This document shows, one piece after another, positions 59,398 to 64,000 of a stretch of 64,000 bases of DNA (the stretch's first letter is position 1; every line of letters begins with the position of its first letter). A program made the position numbers and the translations under genes. Source of the stretch: Acidobacteriota bacterium (GTDB lineage Bacteria > Acidobacteriota > UBA890 > WLXD01); NCBI GenBank assembly GCA_965205505.1, contig CBDBHB010000008.1:1056001-1120000 (forward strand), read 5' to 3'. Under the pieces are notes generated by a model. It saw nothing but the letters and a program-made list of their open reading frames with translations, searched no databases and had not been told where the DNA came from.

Positions 59398-60117
59398 ATG
59401 GCAGACAAGGACGAGAAGTTGTCACGACGTGGGTTTCTCGGCGGGACCGCAGCCGCTGCCATCGGCGGCCAGGCACTTGCGGCGTCGAGCCAGGACCAGT
59501 CCGCGGAAGAGCAAGCGCCGCGCCTGGTCTCATCGGTGACGATCCCGCCGCAGTCGGGGCGCGGGGTGTTCCTGGAGCGCGATCAGTGGATCAAGGTGAT
59601 CACTCCCGAGGGCACGCAGGTCTCGGATCTGTTCGCCTTCGTGCGCCACGCACCAGACGAGTATCTGTGCCCCCGAACCACGATGACGCGTCAACGGCGC
59701 CTGTATCCCCAGGTGGGCGAGCCGTTCTACAGCAACAAGCGACGGCCGCTGCTGATGCTCGAAGAAGACACCGTCGGCGTGCACGATCTCTTCTATCCGG
59801 CTTGTGACAAGTACATGTATCGCGACTACTGGGGAGACGAGAATCATCCGAGCTGTCGCGGCAACCTGAACGCCGTGTTGAAAGAGCTCGATTTCGAGCC
59901 CGGCGGCTACGCCGAGCCCCATAACCTGTTCCAGAACTCTCCAGCGATCGACATGGAAGGGAATCTGCAAGTCCGCGAGTCACCGGCAAAGCCGGGAGAT
60001 TATGTCCTGCTCAAGGCGCTCGATGACCTGCTGGTAGTTGCCACCTCGTGCTCGGTCGATCGCGGCGTGCTCAACGGCGACCGGCCCAAGGAGATCCTCC
60101 TGGAGGTCTACGTGTGA
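59398..60117 (+). CDS. DUF1989 (urea carboxylase-associated) family protein with a Tat signal
   Basis: SRRGFLGG; GTQVSDL, HDLFYPAC, HPSCRGNL, NLFQN; GGAGG RBS; TTGACA-17-TAGGTT upstream. Confidence 0.8.
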   Translation: MADKDEKLSRRGFLGGTAAAAIGGQALAASSQDQSAEEQAPRLVSSVTIPPQSGRGVFLERDQWIKVITPEGTQVSDLFAFVRHAPDEYLCPRTTMTRQRRLYPQVGEPFYSNKRRPLLMLEEDTVGVHDLFYPACDKYMYRDYWGDENHPSCRGNLNAVLKELDFEPGGYAEPHNLFQNSPAIDMEGNLQVRESPAKPGDYVLLKALDDLLVVATSCSVDRGVLNGDRPKEILLEVYV

Positions 60118-62054
60118 CGGCGGTGCGAGGCGCGACATCCGCGTCTGCCACAGCGATCTGTCTGCTGCTACTCGGTGGCGTTGCCTCCTTGGCACCCGGT
60201 AGTGCGAGCGTCCAAGAGCAAGACCGAGCAGCCGCCAGCTTCACTCTGCTCGACGCGACCATCCCGGAGCTGCAGCAGGCGATGGCGAGCGGAGCGGCCA
60301 CCTCGGTCGACTTGGTCGACGCTTATCTGGCACGCATCGAGGCATACGATCAGGCCGGCCCGCGACTGAACGCCATCCTGCACCTCAACCCGAAGGCCCG
60401 CGAGCAGGCCGCGGAGTTCGACCGGGAACGCCGCGATCAGGGACCCCGGGGACCGTTGCACGGTGTGCCGATCATCCTCAAGGACAACTACGACACCGCC
60501 GATATGCCGACGTCGGCCGGGTCGGTAGCGCTGGCCGGTTTCACCCCGGTGGCCGATGCCTTCCAGGTACGCAAGCTTCGCGAGGCCGGGGCAGTGATCC
60601 TCGCCAAGGCGAACATGGAAGAGCTGGCGATGGGCATCACGACGATCAGCTCGCTGGGCGGGCAAACTCTTAATCCGTACGATCCCCGCCGCAATCCCGG
60701 AGGCTCGAGCGGCGGCACGGGGGCAGCCGTCGCAGCCGGCTTCGCCGCTTTCGGCATGGGATCGGATACCTGCGGATCGATTCGCATTCCGGCCTCACAC
60801 AACAACCTTGTCGGCCTGCGGCCCACCAAGGGGCTATCGAGCATCGCTGGCATCGTTCCCCTCTCGCACACGCAGGACGTCGGCGGACCGCTGGCTCGTA
60901 GCGTCACCGATCTGGCCATCGTGCTCGATGCGACGATCGGGCCGGATCCGGACGACCCGGCAACCGCCGTGCTGGAGGGCCGAGAGCTACCGCGCTTCGA
61001 GGACGGGCTCGGCAGCGCAGCAATCGCCGGGACGCGCTTCGGCAAGCTCACCGCGCTGATCGAGCGGGATGTCGCGGAGGACTCGGTTGTCGATGTTATC
61101 GACGCCGCCTTCGAGCATCTCCAGGAGCAGGGGGCAGAGATCATCGATGTCGAGGTGCCGGGAATGCTGGACTTGATAGAGAAGTCCGGCGTCATCCGCC
61201 ACGAGTTCAAGTTCGATTTCATCGACTATCTCTCGGCCCGTGCCGGCGCCCCGATCAGCTCCCTGACAGAGATGCTCCAAGGCGGCCTGCATCATCAGGC
61301 GATGACGAGCCGCTTCGAGAACATCGACGAAGTCGAAGAGCGCGGCTCGGCGGAATACCTCGCCGCACTCAACTGGCGCGAGATCCTGAGAGATACGGTC
61401 GTCCAGGTACTCGACGAGCACGAGCTGGACGCCATCGCGTACCCGACGATCGTGCAGCGCCCGAAGCATGTCGGGGAGCGCCAACGAGGCAGCAACTGCG
61501 CGCTGAGCGCGCAAAGCGGGCTGCCGGCGATCTCGATCCCGGCAGGCTTCACGGCCGATGGCCTCCCGGTGGGATTGGAGCTCCTCGGTCGCCCCTTCGA
61601 CGACGTGCCACTCGTAGCGCTGGCGTTCGCTTTCGAGCAGGGCACGAGTCACCGCGTGTTGCCCTCCGTAACTCCGTCCTTGGTCAACGGGGCGGCGCCG
61701 CCACCGTTGTCGTTCGAGGTATCCGTAACCGAGCGAGAAGACGCCGGTGGGACTTCGACCGTCCGGGGTGCAACGTTCATCCTGGATTCGACGCGGAACC
61801 GACTCCGATACACGCTGACCATCCCCGAAAGCGCATTCGCGGAAGTGCTTGCGGTGACCCTTCACGTCGGAGAAGAGGGTCAGGGTCCCGCCATCGCCCG
61901 CCTCGCCGGCATCGGTGCCAAGCAAAGGGCCGGTGAGATCGAGTTGCGTCCCGCCGATCGGTGGGCGCTGGACAAGGGAGAGATCTACCTACGGGTGTTC
62001 ACTCGCGCTGTTCCGCAAGGCACGCGGCGGGGGCGCCTCGTATTGCCGCGGTAG
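60114..62054 (+). CDS. Secreted amidase (amidase signature) with a C-terminal CHRD-like domain
   Basis: LHGVPIILKDN, PGGSSGG, GSDTCGSIRIPAS; C-terminal LRYTL...TLH...GP...GEIYLRVFT. Confidence 0.85.
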   Translation: MTAVRGATSASATAICLLLLGGVASLAPGSASVQEQDRAAASFTLLDATIPELQQAMASGAATSVDLVDAYLARIEAYDQAGPRLNAILHLNPKAREQAAEFDRERRDQGPRGPLHGVPIILKDNYDTADMPTSAGSVALAGFTPVADAFQVRKLREAGAVILAKANMEELAMGITTISSLGGQTLNPYDPRRNPGGSSGGTGAAVAAGFAAFGMGSDTCGSIRIPASHNNLVGLRPTKGLSSIAGIVPLSHTQDVGGPLARSVTDLAIVLDATIGPDPDDPATAVLEGRELPRFEDGLGSAAIAGTRFGKLTALIERDVAEDSVVDVIDAAFEHLQEQGAEIIDVEVPGMLDLIEKSGVIRHEFKFDFIDYLSARAGAPISSLTEMLQGGLHHQAMTSRFENIDEVEERGSAEYLAALNWREILRDTVVQVLDEHELDAIAYPTIVQRPKHVGERQRGSNCALSAQSGLPAISIPAGFTADGLPVGLELLGRPFDDVPLVALAFAFEQGTSHRVLPSVTPSLVNGAAPPPLSFEVSVTEREDAGGTSTVRGATFILDSTRNRLRYTLTIPESAFAEVLAVTLHVGEEGQGPAIARLAGIGAKQRAGEIELRPADRWALDKGEIYLRVFTRAVPQGTRRGRLVLPR

Positions 62055-62793
62055 CTACCTGGTGGCGAGGAACATCTCGTGTGCCCCCGGTTCCACCTCG
62101 GAGTGCCCGAATGGCAGCACCGCGGTGCCGACGAAGCCGACGTCGGCCAGCATCGCCAGCCAGTCATCTCGCGCGAACAGGCCACAGGTCGCATGGTCGT
62201 GTTCTACGCGTACCGTGCCGTCAGCCGATCGAAGCATGTACGCCATGTCGTGCGTGTAGCAGCTGTCGTCGGGGTCGGGGTCGGAAGTCCACTCCAGGTA
62301 GCGCAACGCTCGCCCGTCGCCGTCGTGTCCGCCATGATCGGTCGAGGGACGGAAGTTCTCACGCAAGTGATCCGGGCACACGAGCGCCGCGCCGCCCGGT
62401 GTGCAATGCTCGAAGGCGGTCTGCAGGGCGGCACGCAGGTCGTCGGCGGTCGCCATATAGTCGACGGCGTCGTGAATGAACACGGCGTCGAATTGGCGAC
62501 CCAGGCGCACGGTACGCATGTCGCCCTCGAAGTGCTCGCACTCGGGATTGAGCGTCCGGCTCACCTCCAGCATCCCCGGCGAAAGGTCGACCAGGGTGAT
62601 GTCGAAGTGGGCCTTCATATGAGAGGCGTTGTTGCCTCCGCCGCTGCCCCAGCTCGAGTAGCGATCTCGGTGCCTGTTCGAGCGCTTCCACCAGCGCTCT
62701 GCGGTAGATATCAGCTTCCTCGGCATAGTCCTCGGGCGCCGACAGCAGCGGCCACCACGAGGCCAGCTCGCCGTAGAGCTTTGGAAATCCCAT
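62055..62793 (-). pseudogene. Class I SAM methyltransferase, frameshifted near 62650
   Basis: KLYGELASWWPLLS...LLELG / SGGGNNAS...VDLSPGML...GDMRTVRL...HDAVDY. Confidence 0.8.
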
Positions 62794-62957
62794 GGTGACA
62801 TTCCAGCACAATCGCGGCTCGTCGTCGGCCGGCCAGCGAGCTAGTGGCTGTAACAGAGCACTAGTCGTTTCGTTGGTTCGAGTTGTCCATGTCCGAGAAG
62901 ATCAGCCAGCGCCCGTCGGGCCCGTGCGCATAATGTCCTCTAGACTCCCGTCGCTGT

Positions 62958-63110
62958 CTAGCTGGCTGTGGGCTGCTCCAGCCTGTCGGCGATCCACTGA
63001 TTGATGCTCTTCCCATCGCGCCTCGCCGCCACATAGATATGGCGATGGAGCTCCGACGACAGTCGCAGCATCAGCCGGCCCGAGAAAGGCTTGTCGGGAT
63101 GCGGCCGATG
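62958..63110 (-). pseudogene. HicB antitoxin C-terminal (RHH) fragment
   Basis: PDKPFSGRLMLRLSSELHR...GKSINQWI. Confidence 0.65.
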
Positions 63111-63193
63111 GGAAACGGCCCGAACGCCGTTGAGATAGATGCGGACCCGCGATCCCCGTCCCTTGGCAGCTTGCCGATCGAATCTTCGGCCCG

Positions 63194-64000
63194 CTAGCTC
63201 CACTGGCGCCATCCCATCCAGCCGAAGAACGCGATGGCGCCCAGCAGCGCCGCGACCGTCGGCTTCCTGTTGGCGAGGTCCCCCACCCACTCGCGCCGGC
63301 CATTGAGGATCAGCAGCACCAGCGCGAGCATCGGAATAAACATCGCACCGATCACGGCGTAGAGTTTTTGCACCTCCCTGAAGCTCATCAGCAGGCCGAG
63401 CGTCGGCACCATCGCGATTCCCAGCAGGTAGCCTCGGTAGGGAGCCGATCGTGTGTCGATCGCAACCCCTGGCTCTTGACTCCCGGCCGGGTCGGGACTG
63501 CGGATGAACAGACGCCAGACATCAGCAAACAGGTACGGTACCGACTGCCACACGCCCAGCAGGCTGCTGAAGACGGCGCCAAACGCACCGATCAGGAATA
63601 GCCAACGGCCCCAAAGCCCCAAGGAGCCCTCGAGGCTATCGGCGAGCGACACGAGCAGCCCGGCGCCCTGGCCCTCGATGCGTACCGTGGTCCCGATGAT
63701 CACCATGGCGATCCCAAAGAGGATGGTCATGGCATACGCCACCCCCAGATCAATGCGGCAGGTCGCAAGATCACCTGGCCCCACTCGTCCCTTCTCACGG
63801 ATCCAGTAGCCATAGCACAGCACGGTCAACGTGCCGCCGACGCCGCCGATCAACGCCACCGTCCAAGTGATGCCCTCCCCGCCTGCGGCAGGGATCGTGG
63901 GAACGAACAACCCGCGGAGCACCTCCCCCGCCCCCGGAGACAGCAGAGCCCCAGTCAACAGGACAGTGCCGAACATCACCGCGATGCAGACGCTCATCAC
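63194..64000 (-). CDS. Nramp-like divalent metal transporter (partial)
   Basis: LIGGVGGTLTVLCYGYWIREKG, GAVFSSLLGVWQSVPYLFAD. Confidence 0.75.
   Translation of the reverse strand: MMSVCIAVMFGTVLLTGALLSPGAGEVLRGLFVPTIPAAGGEGITWTVALIGGVGGTLTVLCYGYWIREKGRVGPGDLATCRIDLGVAYAMTILFGIAMVIIGTTVRIEGQGAGLLVSLADSLEGSLGLWGRWLFLIGAFGAVFSSLLGVWQSVPYLFADVWRLFIRSPDPAGSQEPGVAIDTRSAPYRGYLLGIAMVPTLGLLMSFREVQKLYAVIGAMFIPMLALVLLILNGRREWVGDLANRKPTVAALLGAIAFFGWMGWRQWS

Overview
A GC-rich bacterial window. The gene set (remnants of Ser/Thr kinase–TolB propeller genes, DUF5916, DUF1592/DUF1552 and PQQ-propeller proteins) suggests an Acidobacteriota-like genome; this is inference. Most of it is a mosaic of secreted or periplasmic enzymes and transporters, and several genes are frameshifted. 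A decaying mobile/defence region lies at about 22.8-36.6 kb. It holds an inverted pair of IS21-like ends, a defective IS3, two NucS-like nucleases, a RelE/HigA/SecB toxin-antitoxin-chaperone triad, a solitary type I-E-like CRISPR repeat and tRNA 3' fragments that look like att sites. Highlights: (1) a UGA-recoded UGSC selenoprotein with a SECIS-like hairpin, in a small redox operon; (2) at least seven scattered fragments of Ser/Thr kinase genes that frame unrelated cargo genes; (3) a PhoD carrying a fibronectin type II-like insert; (4) an exported HAL/PAL-family lyase lacking the MIO motif; (5) a PQQ sugar dehydrogenase fused to a cytochrome cL-like domain; (6) a six-gene DUF1592/DUF1552 periplasmic cluster. 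All family calls come from motif recognition by eye; no searches were run.
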